Shown: positions 1 through 9,738, counted from the first letter of the stretch. The stretch: DNA of 64,000 nt from an uncultured cyanobacterium (GCA_963706595.1 OY970166.1:512001-576000); one strand, 5' to 3'. The notes: generated by a model not told the origin, from the sequence alone. Numbers and translations are program-made.

Positions 1-1
1 T

Positions 2-916
2 GGCTATCGTTTATCGCTGGATAAACAAGCTGAATTTGCGGCGGAATTATTGCAAACATTGGGGAGTAGGGAGTGGGGAGTAGGGAGTGGGGATATTTCC
101 AATGATTTAGTCCAATCTATCCTGACTGCTGAACAAAAATCTGAAGCCGACATCTGGGAACAACGGGAAAGGGTAAAATTACTTAAACAACAGTTAGATG
201 AAATACTCACTTCTGAACCCAATCTAAAATCCCAAATTCAAAACCTCAAATCCTTGGCTGATTATTTAGTGAGAAAAAGCGTCTGGATTGTCGGTGGTGA
301 CGGCTGGGCGTATGATATTGACTTTCATGGTATTGACCATTTGTTAGCCAGTGGGCGCAACGTGAATATCTTAGTCATGGATACAGAAGTATATTCTAAT
401 ACAGGCGGTCAATCATCCAAAGCCACACCAAAAGCCGCAGTAGCAAAATTCGCCGCCAGTGGTAAACCAGCACCCAAGAAAGATTTAGGTTTAATGGCTA
501 TGACCTACGGAAATGTTTACGTAGCCAGTGTAGCTTTAGGTGCAAAAGATGAACATACCCTGAAGGCATTTTTGGAAGCAGAGGCGTTTGATGGACCTTC
601 ATTGATTATTGCTTATAGCCATTGCATCGCCCACGGCATTAACATGACTACAGGGATGAAACATCAACAATCTCTGGTAGAATCAGGACGTTGGTTGTTG
701 TATCGCCACAATCCAGAGTTGCAAAATCAAGGTAAAAATCCTTTGCAATTAGATATGCGATCGCCTACTCAATCAGTAGAACAATCAATGTATCAAGAAA
801 ATCGCTTTAAGATGTTGACTAAGAGTAAGCCCGAAGTTGCTAAACATCTGTTAGCACAAGCCCAAGCCGAAGTTAACGCACGTTGGCAGATGTATCAATA
901 TTTGGCACAAAAGTAA
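2..916 (+). CDS. nifJ: Pyruvate:ferredoxin/flavodoxin oxidoreductase, C-terminal part (5' end outside window)
   Basis: Frame is open from position 2 (GYRLSLDKQAEFAAELL...). TPP-binding motif GGDGWAYDI...MDTEVYSNTGGQSSK and YSHCIAHGI are present. Confidence 0.93.
   Translation, partial: GYRLSLDKQAEFAAELLQTLGSREWGVGSGDISNDLVQSILTAEQKSEADIWEQRERVKLLKQQLDEILTSEPNLKSQIQNLKSLADYLVRKSVWIVGGDGWAYDIDFHGIDHLLASGRNVNILVMDTEVYSNTGGQSSKATPKAAVAKFAASGKPAPKKDLGLMAMTYGNVYVASVALGAKDEHTLKAFLEAEAFDGPSLIIAYSHCIAHGINMTTGMKHQQSLVESGRWLLYRHNPELQNQGKNPLQLDMRSPTQSVEQSMYQENRFKMLTKSKPEVAKHLLAQAQAEVNARWQMYQYLAQK
61..93 (+). repeat. STRR-type heptamer repeat (GGGGAGT/AGGGAGT) inserted in frame in nifJ
   Basis: GGGGAGTAGGGAGTGGGGAGTAGGGAGTGGGGA, read as GSREWGVGSG. 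Confidence 0.8.
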
Positions 917-1110
917 TATTTAATGGGTGATGAGTTCTGATTTATTACCCAACAATTGATACCCTAACCCGCAAGCGGAGAGGAGAGTTTTTCTATCATC
1001 TCTCAAACTCTTATAACTCCGTGTCCTCTGTGCCTCTGTGGTATGCCTCCGGCACGCTCCGCGAACGTTTTTCCTTATTTATCCCCACAGGTCAGCGTGA
1101 TAAATTCGAG

Positions 1111-1338
1111 TCATGAGAAAACCTCAAAAAGATAACGGGGCAATCCTGATTGGCGAATAATAGATTGCAATGTTCCAATTTTTAGTTCTGCATAATTAGG
1201 CACAGGAACGGTAACGGTTGTTTCTTCCGTTTTAAGTTGCATGATAATATGGCTACCACGTTGCCGCACTTCTAAAAAGTTATGTGCTGCTAGAATTTGG
1301 CAGACTTCTCTACCTGATAAAACTCGCAGCTTACCCAA
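1111..1338 (-). CDS. hicA: Type II TA HicA-family mRNA interferase toxin
   Basis: 75 aa with RQRGSHIIM and GTLQSIIRQSGL motifs; overlaps the end of the upstream HicB-like gene. Confidence 0.88.
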   Translation of the reverse strand: MGKLRVLSGREVCQILAAHNFLEVRQRGSHIIMQLKTEETTVTVPVPNYAELKIGTLQSIIRQSGLPRYLFEVFS

Positions 1339-1558
1339 TTGCTACCTCCAATCGGGTTACAAAAACTTCTGTATGTAAGCGATTTTCTATTTCTGAGGGA
1401 TCTGCCACTTCAAAAAATAGTTGCAACGCTTCCAGCAAATTATTTTTTGCTTCCTCTACCGAATCTCCTTGACTGGCAATGTCTAATTCTGGACACAACG
1501 ATACATAACCATCGCCTTCACGCTCAATAATTGCAGTAAATTGCTGAACCCGTGTCAT
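1331..1558 (-). CDS. hicB: Type II TA HicB-family antitoxin (short form)
   Basis: FTAIIEREGDGYVSLCPELDIASQGDSVEEAKNNLLEAL. Start taken at MTRVQQ (1558); ORF track extends to 1597. Confidence 0.85.
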   Translation of the reverse strand: MTRVQQFTAIIEREGDGYVSLCPELDIASQGDSVEEAKNNLLEALQLFFEVADPSEIENRLHTEVFVTRLEVAIG

Positions 1559-1715
1559 GCTGCTTTCTCCTTGGGATATTTCACCATAATAGTTCATCTG
1601 ACGGATATAATGGTTTCTATAAAAACTGGTTAATTTTGGTCTACAGATTATAAATTGTGAGGAAGTTATTTACCTAAATTTCCAACTTTTTCTCTCTATC
1701 AGAAACATCTATCTA

Positions 1716-2735
1716 CTAATTAAACAAACTTCTTTCAATTGGAACTCCTAATTTTTCAGATAGGTCTAATACATTATTGCTAAAGTCAGCCGCTCCAGCA
1801 ACAACATTAAAAAGCATACCACCTATGGTTAATAAACTCATTATTCTGGCCTTAATTCTTTGGGGTTTTAGCCTCTCTGGTTTTGTAATGTCTTCCTCTA
1901 AGTCTTCTAAATGTACCATAATCTCTTCGCGCTTGTCTTCTGGAAACTCTTGAGCCATTTCGCGCAAAGAAGTTATTATCCTAATAATTTCATCACTGTT
2001 TTGACCAATATTTTGTGAAAAATTAGAAGATACTTGGCGTGCATTATCTTTAACTTGATTCGCAAAGTTTGCTATGCTTGATCCACGCAGATCGTTATTA
2101 AAAGTGTCAGAATTGGATTTACTTTCTGATGATGAATTTTGCATCTGTGACTGAACTAAGTTAATTTGAATCAAACTACTATAATCATGTCTACCAGCAA
2201 TCTGCTTTTCTTGCTGTGTAAAATTGATTCCTTCACCAATAATACCATCTTCTTCTAGTTTCAATGACCAGCGAAGGATTACATCTCTAACAGATTCCAA
2301 AATTCTTTTTATACTTGCACTACTTATGATAATTTTAATTCGTGCATCCACAGTTGCAATTAATATTGATTCTACTTCAGATGACAGTTGTAAGTGCAGC
2401 ACATTTTCTCCACTATCAATTAAAGCAACTAACTCACTAATAGCTTGACGAATTGAACGACTGCAAGCTGTTTTATAAAGTTCGAGAGTGTATTCGTCAT
2501 GTACCACTATTGGCTGCCATCCATGATATGGATTCCACGCCCTTATTGTTCCTTCAACTTTTCGGTAATCAGGTATTAGCTGATCTTGATAACCTTTAAG
2601 TTCCCATTCAATCCATTCCTGAAACTCTGTAATATTCAATTTTGTCGCAACAATTAAGGCTTTGCGAAGTAAATCCAGAACAGATACACAAGGATTATAA
2701 GCTTCCTGCTGTAACTCTTGAATTAGTGAACTCAT
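1716..2735 (-). CDS. AbiTii-like N-terminal domain protein with a cyanobacterial helical C-terminal module
   Basis: N-terminal LLRKALIVATKL..FQEWIEWELKGY..IPDYRKV pattern resembles AbiTii. The C-terminus resembles tails of cyanobacterial pentapeptide-repeat proteins (recall). Confidence 0.65.
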   Translation of the reverse strand: MSSLIQELQQEAYNPCVSVLDLLRKALIVATKLNITEFQEWIEWELKGYQDQLIPDYRKVEGTIRAWNPYHGWQPIVVHDEYTLELYKTACSRSIRQAISELVALIDSGENVLHLQLSSEVESILIATVDARIKIIISSASIKRILESVRDVILRWSLKLEEDGIIGEGINFTQQEKQIAGRHDYSSLIQINLVQSQMQNSSSESKSNSDTFNNDLRGSSIANFANQVKDNARQVSSNFSQNIGQNSDEIIRIITSLREMAQEFPEDKREEIMVHLEDLEEDITKPERLKPQRIKARIMSLLTIGGMLFNVVAGAADFSNNVLDLSEKLGVPIERSLFN

Positions 2736-2827
2736 AAATATTTAAGTGTCTTATTAAATTTTGACATAATCATAATATAATGGAATTTACTTAGAATGTA
2801 TAAAAGCTCAACCCTCACTGTTTAATC

Positions 2828-3055
2828 ATGAGTCTCCATCCCCTCTTAAAGTTTGACATATCTGAACTTAGCATTGCAGAGCGTATCCAACTGCCTGAAG
2901 ATTTATGGGATAGCATTGTGCAACAGCAAGAGAAAATACCCTTGAGTCAAGCACAACAGCAAGAGCTAGATAGACGGTTAGAAAATTACAAACAAAACCC
3001 TACAAATGGTTCTAGTTGGGAAGATGTTAAAAAACGGTTAAAATTTTCCCAATGA
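2828..3055 (+). CDS. Addiction-module antitoxin component (TIGR02574-like)
   Basis: LSIAERIQL.EDLWDSI...ELDRRLE..K.NP..GSSWEDVK. Confidence 0.85.
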   Translation: MSLHPLLKFDISELSIAERIQLPEDLWDSIVQQQEKIPLSQAQQQELDRRLENYKQNPTNGSSWEDVKKRLKFSQ

Positions 3056-3099
3056 ACTATAACCTAATTATTAAGCCAGAAGCATTTTACTTTGATTAA
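3052..3099 (+). pseudogene. Truncated RelE/ParE-type toxin stub (MNYNLIIKPEAFYFD*)
   Basis: ATGA overlap with the antitoxin stop and a RelE/ParE-like N-terminus. It stops after 15 codons, directly abutting the glpK stop. Confidence 0.7.
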
Positions 3100-4581
3100 T
3101 TACACCCAATCAAAAGTTTTAGTAACCGCCTTCTTCCAAAGCCGATAACAACCTTCCCTCTGTACAGCATCCATCTTCGGCTTCCAAGTCTGATCTAAAA
3201 GCCAATTATCAGATAATTCCTCCAGACTACTCCAAAAACCAGTCGCCAACCCAGCAGCATAAGCCGCCCCTAAAGCAGTAGTTTCTGCTACTTGGGGACG
3301 AATCACTGGTACACCTAAGACATCACTTTGAAATTGCATCAGCAGGTTGTTATAAACCATACCGCCATCTACTTTCAAAGCCGTTAAATTTACCTGCGCG
3401 TCTTCTCGCATCGCATCTAAAACTTCACGAGTCTGCCATGCTGTTGCTTCTAACACAGCCCGCGCAATATGACCTTTGTTTGTGTAACGAGTCATCCCCA
3501 CAATTGCACCTCTAGCATCATTACGCCAATAGGGAGCAAATAACCCAGAAAACGCAGGGACAAAATAAATACCACCGTTATCTGTAACTGTACTGGCTAA
3601 GGCTTCTACCTCTGCACTGGTTTGAATTAATCCCAAATTGTCACGCAACCATTGCACTAAAGCCCCAGCGATCGCAATACTACCCTCCAAAGCATAAACT
3701 GTAGGAGCATCCCCCAACTTGTAAGCTACCGTCGTCAATAAACCATGTTGGGAAATCACCTTTTGCTGTCCTGTATTCAGCAGCATAAAGCAACCTGTAC
3801 CATAAGTATTTTTCGCTTCACCTACCTGAAAACAGGTTTGTCCAATTAATGCAGCTTGTTGATCACCTAAGTCAGCAGCAATGGGAACTCCTGCTAAAAT
3901 ACCTGTAGCCTGTCCATAAATAGCTGATGAAGGACGAATTTCTGGCAGCATTTGCCTGGGAATACCCATAATCTGCAAAATTTCCGGTTCCCAGTCCAGA
4001 GAGTCCAAATTCATCAGTAAGGTACGACTAGCATTAGTCACATCGGTGATATGCAAACCACCTGTTAAATGCCAAATTAAAAAAGTGTCAATTGTGCCAA
4101 AAAGAGCCTGACCATTTTCTGCTGCGGCTTTTAATCCGGGGATGTTTTCCAGCAACCATTTAATTCTCGGTGCGCTGAAGTAAGTAGCGATTGGTAAACC
4201 TGTTGTGGCGCGAAAACGGTCTATCCCACCATCTTCTGCGAGTTGATTACAGATATAATCAGTTCTGGTATCTTGCCAAACAATAGCGTTGTAATAAGGT
4301 TCGCCTGTTTTCTGATCCCAAACTACAATTGTTTCACGCTGATTAGTAATGCCAACAGATGTAATCTCAGCAACACTAATATTGCTCTGCTCTAAAGCAT
4401 CTTTAATGACAGTTTGAGTACATGACCAAATTTCCTTGGGGTCGTGTTCTACCCAACCTGGCTGAGGATAAATCTGTTGATGTTCCTTTTGTGCATAGCC
4501 AACAACCTTACCCTGCTTGTTAAAGATCATGAAGCGGGTGCTAGTTGTTCCTTGGTCGATGGCAGCTACGTATTTAGTCAT
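3100..4581 (-). CDS. glpK: Glycerol kinase
   Basis: [47 protein letters not shown]. Confidence 0.96.
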   Translation of the reverse strand: MTKYVAAIDQGTTSTRFMIFNKQGKVVGYAQKEHQQIYPQPGWVEHDPKEIWSCTQTVIKDALEQSNISVAEITSVGITNQRETIVVWDQKTGEPYYNAIVWQDTRTDYICNQLAEDGGIDRFRATTGLPIATYFSAPRIKWLLENIPGLKAAAENGQALFGTIDTFLIWHLTGGLHITDVTNASRTLLMNLDSLDWEPEILQIMGIPRQMLPEIRPSSAIYGQATGILAGVPIAADLGDQQAALIGQTCFQVGEAKNTYGTGCFMLLNTGQQKVISQHGLLTTVAYKLGDAPTVYALEGSIAIAGALVQWLRDNLGLIQTSAEVEALASTVTDNGGIYFVPAFSGLFAPYWRNDARGAIVGMTRYTNKGHIARAVLEATAWQTREVLDAMREDAQVNLTALKVDGGMVYNNLLMQFQSDVLGVPVIRPQVAETTALGAAYAAGLATGFWSSLEELSDNWLLDQTWKPKMDAVQREGCYRLWKKAVTKTFDWV

Positions 4582-4842
4582 GATTCAAATGAGGCTCACG
4601 CATCAGCGAAGCAAAGTATGTTAGGCGCAAAGAGTAACGTAACTAAAATAACACTCTGCGTAACTCTGCGTTACCTTAGCGCCCCTCTGCGTTGAAAAAT
4701 CTACCCCACCCCAGGTAGAGTATAGGTTATACCTTATGGATTGTGAATTACTAATAATCAATACTTATATTTAGGTGATTAGGCGATCGCGCAAGCGCTG
4801 CTGCAAGCAGATCGCCTAATGTTGTAAGTGAGGTAAAAAACT

Positions 4843-5028
4843 ATGTCAGCACAAGCAATCCAACCTGAGTTGCTCGTCGAATTATCTACAGAAGAACAAC
4901 AACTTCTCTCCGGGGGACGACGGGGAGGAAGAAGGCGTTGTCCTCGGCGTATCTTCGTCCCCCGTTGTGGTCCCTACTTCCGTGGCCGCAGAGGAGGTGG
5001 ATTTGATGATTTTGACGATGATTTTTAA
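4843..5028 (+). CDS. Small peptide with double-glycine-type leader (bacteriocin/RiPP precursor-like)
   Basis: Leader ...ELSTEEQQLLSGG, Arg/Gly-rich core with 2 Cys, acidic tail; GAGG RBS; paralog at 16694. Confidence 0.7.
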   Translation: MSAQAIQPELLVELSTEEQQLLSGGRRGGRRRCPRRIFVPRCGPYFRGRRGGGFDDFDDDF

Positions 5029-5310
5029 TTTTGATCGGGGTTAATTTGAAGTTAGCCAATGGGAAGGGATATCCCTAATGGTGAAAATATAATCAGGTGT
5101 AGAGATGTAGCATTTCTACGTCTCTACAATTTAATCCAAATATTTCACCGTTTTTGCCTTAATCCGTCCAGCCAGACCTTGTTTGGGTGGTTCCGCGAAT
5201 TCCATTCGCCAGGACTTCTATATTAATATGCGATCGCATCTTCCTAACAGCAGATGGATTCACATCATAGAGTTAGACAGTATTAGAGTTACATCCACGC
5301 TGTCAGCACT

Positions 5311-6648
5311 ATGACATTAGAGACTCAGATTCCCCAGCCAGAAACGATGCACGAGGCGGAAGAGGAATTTAATTGGCGAGAATGCTGGTATCCTGTCTGC
5401 TTTCTGCAAGACATACCACAAAATCGCCCTTATAGTTTTTCTCTGTATGACGAACCTTTTGTGTTATTCAGGAATCAAAATGGCATACTTGTTTGTTTAA
5501 CAGACCGTTGTCCCCATCGCGCGGCTAGACTCTCTGATGGACAGATTATTGATGGTAAAATTGAATGTTCATATCATGGTTGGCAGTTTGGTATTCATGG
5601 TGAATGTTTACACATTCCTCAGCTACCAGATGATACTAAAATTCCTTTAAATGCTTGTGTAAAAGCGTTTACAGTTGTAGAACGTCAAGGATTAATCTGG
5701 GTTTGGGCAGGAAAAACTGCAACTGCAATTGACCAACTTATCCCCACTATAGCGGATTTGGAAAAACCCGAATTTGTCCACACAGATTATATGAGAGATT
5801 TGCCTTATGACCAAAGCTATTTAATAGAAAACTTTGTTGATCCGGCTCATGTTTATATCAGCCATGATGGTACTGAAGGCAATCGAGCCAGCGCCCAACC
5901 ATTAGAAATGGAAGTCAGCGATTTTTCTGTGAAAGGATTTTTTGGAAAAATCCGCCAAAGCCGAAATATTGATGCACCTTGGCAAAATTTAGATTTTATT
6001 GCGCCCAATTTAGTACATTACAAATTAAACGTCATTAAACCTGGCTGGTATGCTGGCATTGCTTTATATTCCATACCTATTGGTAAGGGTAAATGCCGTC
6101 TTTTACTCCGCAGATATCGCAATTTTATGACTGAAAAATTGCAGTCTAAACCTCGTTGGTTGGAACACTGGCGGCAAAATAAAGTTTTAGAACAGGATTT
6201 GCCTCAAATTTTAGGACAACAAGCAGAAATAGCGAGGTTAGGAGAACACTTAAATAAAATTTATTTGCCACTAAAAACATCAGATTTATTGGTGATTAAT
6301 TACCGCAAATGGTTAGATGAATTTGGGTCGTCTTTACCATATTATCAAGGCTATTCTACTGCTAAAAATTTCGGCAGCCATGATTGCTCTCCAACTTCAA
6401 CTGATGCAGACAGATTTTTACACCATACACTAATTTGTAGTTCATGTAATCAGGCATATCGGGTCACAAATCAATTAAAACAAGCCTTTATTGGTGCTGG
6501 TATTGCTCTGGCAGCTTTGGCAATTATCACGGATGGGTTGAGTAGTTCTATCCTCGTTTTTGCGGCTCTGCTATCGGTGGCGCTGGCAGTTGTGACCGAA
6601 AAGTTAAAAACTCACTTTCAATACTCTTATACTCACTTTGAGCAGTGA
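5311..6648 (+). CDS. Rieske non-heme iron oxygenase, pheophorbide a oxygenase/TIC55-like
   Basis: CPHRAARLSDG..CSYHGW Rieske motif, ENFVDPAHVYISH iron site, C-terminal HTLICSSC and two hydrophobic helices. Confidence 0.9.
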   Translation: MTLETQIPQPETMHEAEEEFNWRECWYPVCFLQDIPQNRPYSFSLYDEPFVLFRNQNGILVCLTDRCPHRAARLSDGQIIDGKIECSYHGWQFGIHGECLHIPQLPDDTKIPLNACVKAFTVVERQGLIWVWAGKTATAIDQLIPTIADLEKPEFVHTDYMRDLPYDQSYLIENFVDPAHVYISHDGTEGNRASAQPLEMEVSDFSVKGFFGKIRQSRNIDAPWQNLDFIAPNLVHYKLNVIKPGWYAGIALYSIPIGKGKCRLLLRRYRNFMTEKLQSKPRWLEHWRQNKVLEQDLPQILGQQAEIARLGEHLNKIYLPLKTSDLLVINYRKWLDEFGSSLPYYQGYSTAKNFGSHDCSPTSTDADRFLHHTLICSSCNQAYRVTNQLKQAFIGAGIALAALAIITDGLSSSILVFAALLSVALAVVTEKLKTHFQYSYTHFEQ

Positions 6649-6725
6649 ATAGTGATGGATTTTGGGCTGTATCTCACGCAGAGGCGCAGAGAATAAGCAG
6701 GAGTAATATTAAGAGGGGTTAGAAA

Positions 6726-7586
6726 ATGCAATTTAAAATGGTGCAGGAACATTCTCGACTTGGCACAGAATTATTACAAGAATGCCAGCTTACAGAAGTT
6801 ACAAACCAACAGATAACTAAATTTAAACAAGCTCTTTGGGAGCATGGAGTGGTGGTTGTAAAAAATCAACATTTAACGGCTTCACAATTAAAGGAATTTG
6901 CCTACAAAACTTTTGGTGAGTCTAATATTAATTATCCACCTAAAACCCTTGATCCAAATATTGATCCAGATTTACAAAGTATTGGCGTATCTATTTTAGG
7001 CAATCCTCAATCGCATACCCAGGAAATTGTCGGGAAGTTTGCTTGGCAATGGCATCATGACAAAGATTTCCTGCCCAAAACAGTAGGTCTGGATATGAAT
7101 GCTCTCTATGTAGTGATGCTTTATGGAGTAGAAATACCGCCAGAGGGAATCGATGGTCAGCCCCACACAACGGCTTTTCTCGACATGATAGAAGCTTACA
7201 ACAATCTCGATCCTGAGCATCAGCAGCAATTAGAGCAAATGTCTCTGTATCATCTGCCACCAAGAAACCATCAGCCAGGACATGATGTGCCAATGAAAAG
7301 ACATCCCATTGTTTCCATACATCAGGTAACTGGGAAGAAAGGATTATATCTCGGTTCAGACACATCAATTCCTGTAGGTATGGAGGATCAATTAGATTTG
7401 GCAAAACAGTTTTGGCAGGAATTGTTTCAAACTGTTCTGGAGCGCACACCAGTTTATACTCATGTTTGGCAACCAGGTGATCTTGTTGTTTGGGACAATT
7501 CGCAAGTGATGCACGCTGGTATTCCTTACGATGCTAGCAAGTACAAGCGTGTTGCTTTACGTGTGGGATTGGTGGACAACAGATAA
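6726..7586 (+). CDS. TauD/TfdA-family Fe(II)/2-oxoglutarate dioxygenase
   Basis: WHHD facial-triad start and HVWQPGDLVVWDNSQVMHAG...R. Confidence 0.88.
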   Translation: MQFKMVQEHSRLGTELLQECQLTEVTNQQITKFKQALWEHGVVVVKNQHLTASQLKEFAYKTFGESNINYPPKTLDPNIDPDLQSIGVSILGNPQSHTQEIVGKFAWQWHHDKDFLPKTVGLDMNALYVVMLYGVEIPPEGIDGQPHTTAFLDMIEAYNNLDPEHQQQLEQMSLYHLPPRNHQPGHDVPMKRHPIVSIHQVTGKKGLYLGSDTSIPVGMEDQLDLAKQFWQELFQTVLERTPVYTHVWQPGDLVVWDNSQVMHAGIPYDASKYKRVALRVGLVDNR

Positions 7587-7695
7587 TATATTCCATTCTT
7601 TGGCAGCAGCATCAAAAATATTAATAGTGTTTTGTCCGGAGTAACCAAGAAACCAATGAATAATAATTCATATCAAATCTCCCCGCCTAAAACTT

Positions 7696-8019
7696 ATGGA
7701 CATGCCCCAGCGCGTATCAATTCGCTACAAAGACACGTCCTACAACACTAATGAGATCCGCTTAAAAACCTTCAGACTGGGTTTTCAAATATGGGACGAA
7801 CAAACCAAAGCAAGAAAGACTGAACTTTATGATTTTATCTTCTCTGGCTTAAAACAAGTTGACCGCCAAGACCGTTATATGTTTTCACTGCTGTTTATAG
7901 AGTTAGCAGAACTAATCCGTAACTCTCGGCTGGAAAGAAGTATGAAAGAGGTTTTAATTAAAACAGCCTTTAGTGAGTTTGGTTATGCACTAGCAGACCT
8001 TGAAGACGCTACCAAATAG
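7696..8019 (+). CDS. Hypothetical protein (107 aa)
   Basis: Stand-alone ORF with protein-like composition and no recognised motif. Confidence 0.55.
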   Translation: MDMPQRVSIRYKDTSYNTNEIRLKTFRLGFQIWDEQTKARKTELYDFIFSGLKQVDRQDRYMFSLLFIELAELIRNSRLERSMKEVLIKTAFSEFGYALADLEDATK

Positions 8020-8115
8020 AAATCACAAACTCTGATGTTTTATCATACCAATTTAATATGAAGCTGCATAGAAAGAACCTCAACCCCTGCGGCTCCTCTC
8101 CTTCTCACTACAGCC

Positions 8116-8290
8116 CTATCGTGTACACACAAGTCTTATCAAGTTGCCTCATCACGTTTTGATCCCCCCTAGCCTGCCTTGAGAAGGGGGGAAATTTTCT
8201 TAAAGTCCCCCTTTTTCTACGCCGAAGGCGCATCCCCGAAGGGGTTTAGGGGGATTTAGGGGAATCAGATCACTTGTGTGTACACCGTAG
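8116..8290. mobile_element. MITE-like repeat with 19-bp terminal inverted repeats
   Basis: CTATCGTGTACACACAAGT ... ACTTGTGTGTACACCGTAG. Single copies of the same TIR occur at 11827 and 42553. Confidence 0.7.
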
Positions 8291-8562
8291 CTTTGGGAGA
8301 AGAGGGAGAGGCTACGCGGGTTTCGCCTGGATGGTTCCGTGACTTCCAATCGCTTGGTGCAAGATCAGAGTATTGGCATTGGCAATCGATGACTACAGCA
8401 GGGAAAATTTTGAAGAATAGGCGCAGCACCGTCAGGAATTGAGATGTGCATAGAGCTTATAATACAGATGCTGAAAGGGTTTTAAGCATTACGCTAAACT
8501 AGTCTAATTTTTACTCTTGTTAAATAGTTGCCAAGTATGTCATCTTAGACTAGGAGAATTAA

Positions 8563-8632
8563 TTCGGTGAGCGTCTTTGTTTTTAGTATTGACAGGCTTT
8601 TTCCTTTTGGTATTTACAGACTTTTCTCCGAA
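8563..8632 (+). promoter_or_regulatory. Complementary 5'-UTR boxes upstream of the rbp gene
   Basis: TTCGGTGA (8563-8570) can pair with TCTCCGAA (8625-8632). Similar boxes are described for cold-inducible Anabaena rbp genes (recall). Confidence 0.55.
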
Positions 8633-8671
8633 ATTTAAATCTCTACACAGTGATAAATTAGGAGATAATCC

Positions 8672-8980
8672 ATGTCAATTTATGTAGGCAATCTTTCTTA
8701 CGAAGTTACCCAAGATACCTTGAGTGCTGTTTTCGCAGAATACGGCACTGTAAGGCGCGTTCAACTACCAACTGACCGCGAAACCGGACAACTAAGGGGT
8801 TTCGGATTTGTGGAAATGGGAACTGAAGCTGAAGAAGCGGCTGCAATAGAAGCCCTTGATGGTGCTGAATGGATGGGTCGTGACCTCAAAGTTAACAAAG
8901 CCAAGCCCAGGGAAGACAGAGGTTCCTCTGGTGGTAACCGGGGAGGATACGGTGGCGGCGGCTCTCGTAACCGTTACTAA
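8672..8980 (+). CDS. rbpA: RRM RNA-binding protein with Gly-rich tail (RbpA family)
   Basis: IYVGNLSY (RNP2) and RGFGFVEM (RNP1); lies directly upstream of rpsU. Confidence 0.9.
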   Translation: MSIYVGNLSYEVTQDTLSAVFAEYGTVRRVQLPTDRETGQLRGFGFVEMGTEAEEAAAIEALDGAEWMGRDLKVNKAKPREDRGSSGGNRGGYGGGGSRNRY

Positions 8981-9074
8981 GCTTTAAAACCTGAAATTTT
9001 ACCAGCGAATTTTCAGTCAAAAGAGCAGCTTACCATTATGAGCTATTAAGTAAGTCAAATTAGCAGGAGAGATA

Positions 9075-9263
9075 ATGACGCAAATAATAGTGGGTGACAA
9101 TGAACACATTGAGTCAGCCTTACGCCGATTTAAGCGCGAAGTTTCCAAGGCAGGGATTTTCCCAGATATGAGGAAGCATCGTCACTTTGAAACGCCTATT
9201 GAAAAACGCAAGCGTAAAGAAGTTGCCAAGCATAGGCAAGGTAAAAGACGTTTCCGCACTTGA
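9075..9263 (+). CDS. rpsU: 30S ribosomal protein S21
   Basis: [28 protein letters not shown]. Confidence 0.95.
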   Translation: MTQIIVGDNEHIESALRRFKREVSKAGIFPDMRKHRHFETPIEKRKRKEVAKHRQGKRRFRT

Positions 9264-9470
9264 TCAGATAGTTATGAATGAATGCCCTCAGATATTTAAT
9301 GAGGGCTTTCTTATGACCACTCTCCCGCTACACCGCAAGCTGTTAGTGGGAGTATCTCAAATTTACAGGCTGACGAATGTCTAAGCCTCCACAGCCAGGA
9401 ATCGGTAGTCTAACCGACCCAAGTTTGAAAATAGGAAAGGGAACAGGTTTCTTTGAGCATAAATAAATTT

Positions 9471-9581
9471 GGCGTTGCTGATTTGAAGTATGAACACGAT
9501 TTGTGATGATATCAAAACCCCTGTAGAGACGTGACATGGAACGTCTCTACATTTAAATTCATACTTGGTTTCAACAACGCC
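9471..9581. mobile_element. 111-bp MITE with 8-bp target-site duplication
   Basis: TIRs GGCGTTGCTGA..AAGTATGAA / TTCATACTT..TCAACAACGCC. ATAAATTT flanks both sides (9463-9470, 9582-9589). Internal GTAGAGACG..CGTCTCTAC hairpin. Confidence 0.8.
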
Positions 9582-9660
9582 ATAAATTTAATTGCTCAGA
9601 ACCCCTTTGGCAGGGAAGAAGAGGAAAGGTTGTTAAGCAGTCGGGAGTGTCAAGTAATCA

Positions 9661-9731
9661 ACTCCCCCTACTCCCTGCACCCCTGCCTCTTAACTCCCCC
9701 CTGCTCCCTGCTCCCTGCACCCCTGCTCCCT
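9661..9731. repeat. STRR-type tandem repeats (CCCTGCT/CCCCTGCA)
   Basis: Imperfect 7-8-mer tandem tract just downstream of ftsH. Confidence 0.75.
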
Positions 9732-9738
9732 TCTGAGG

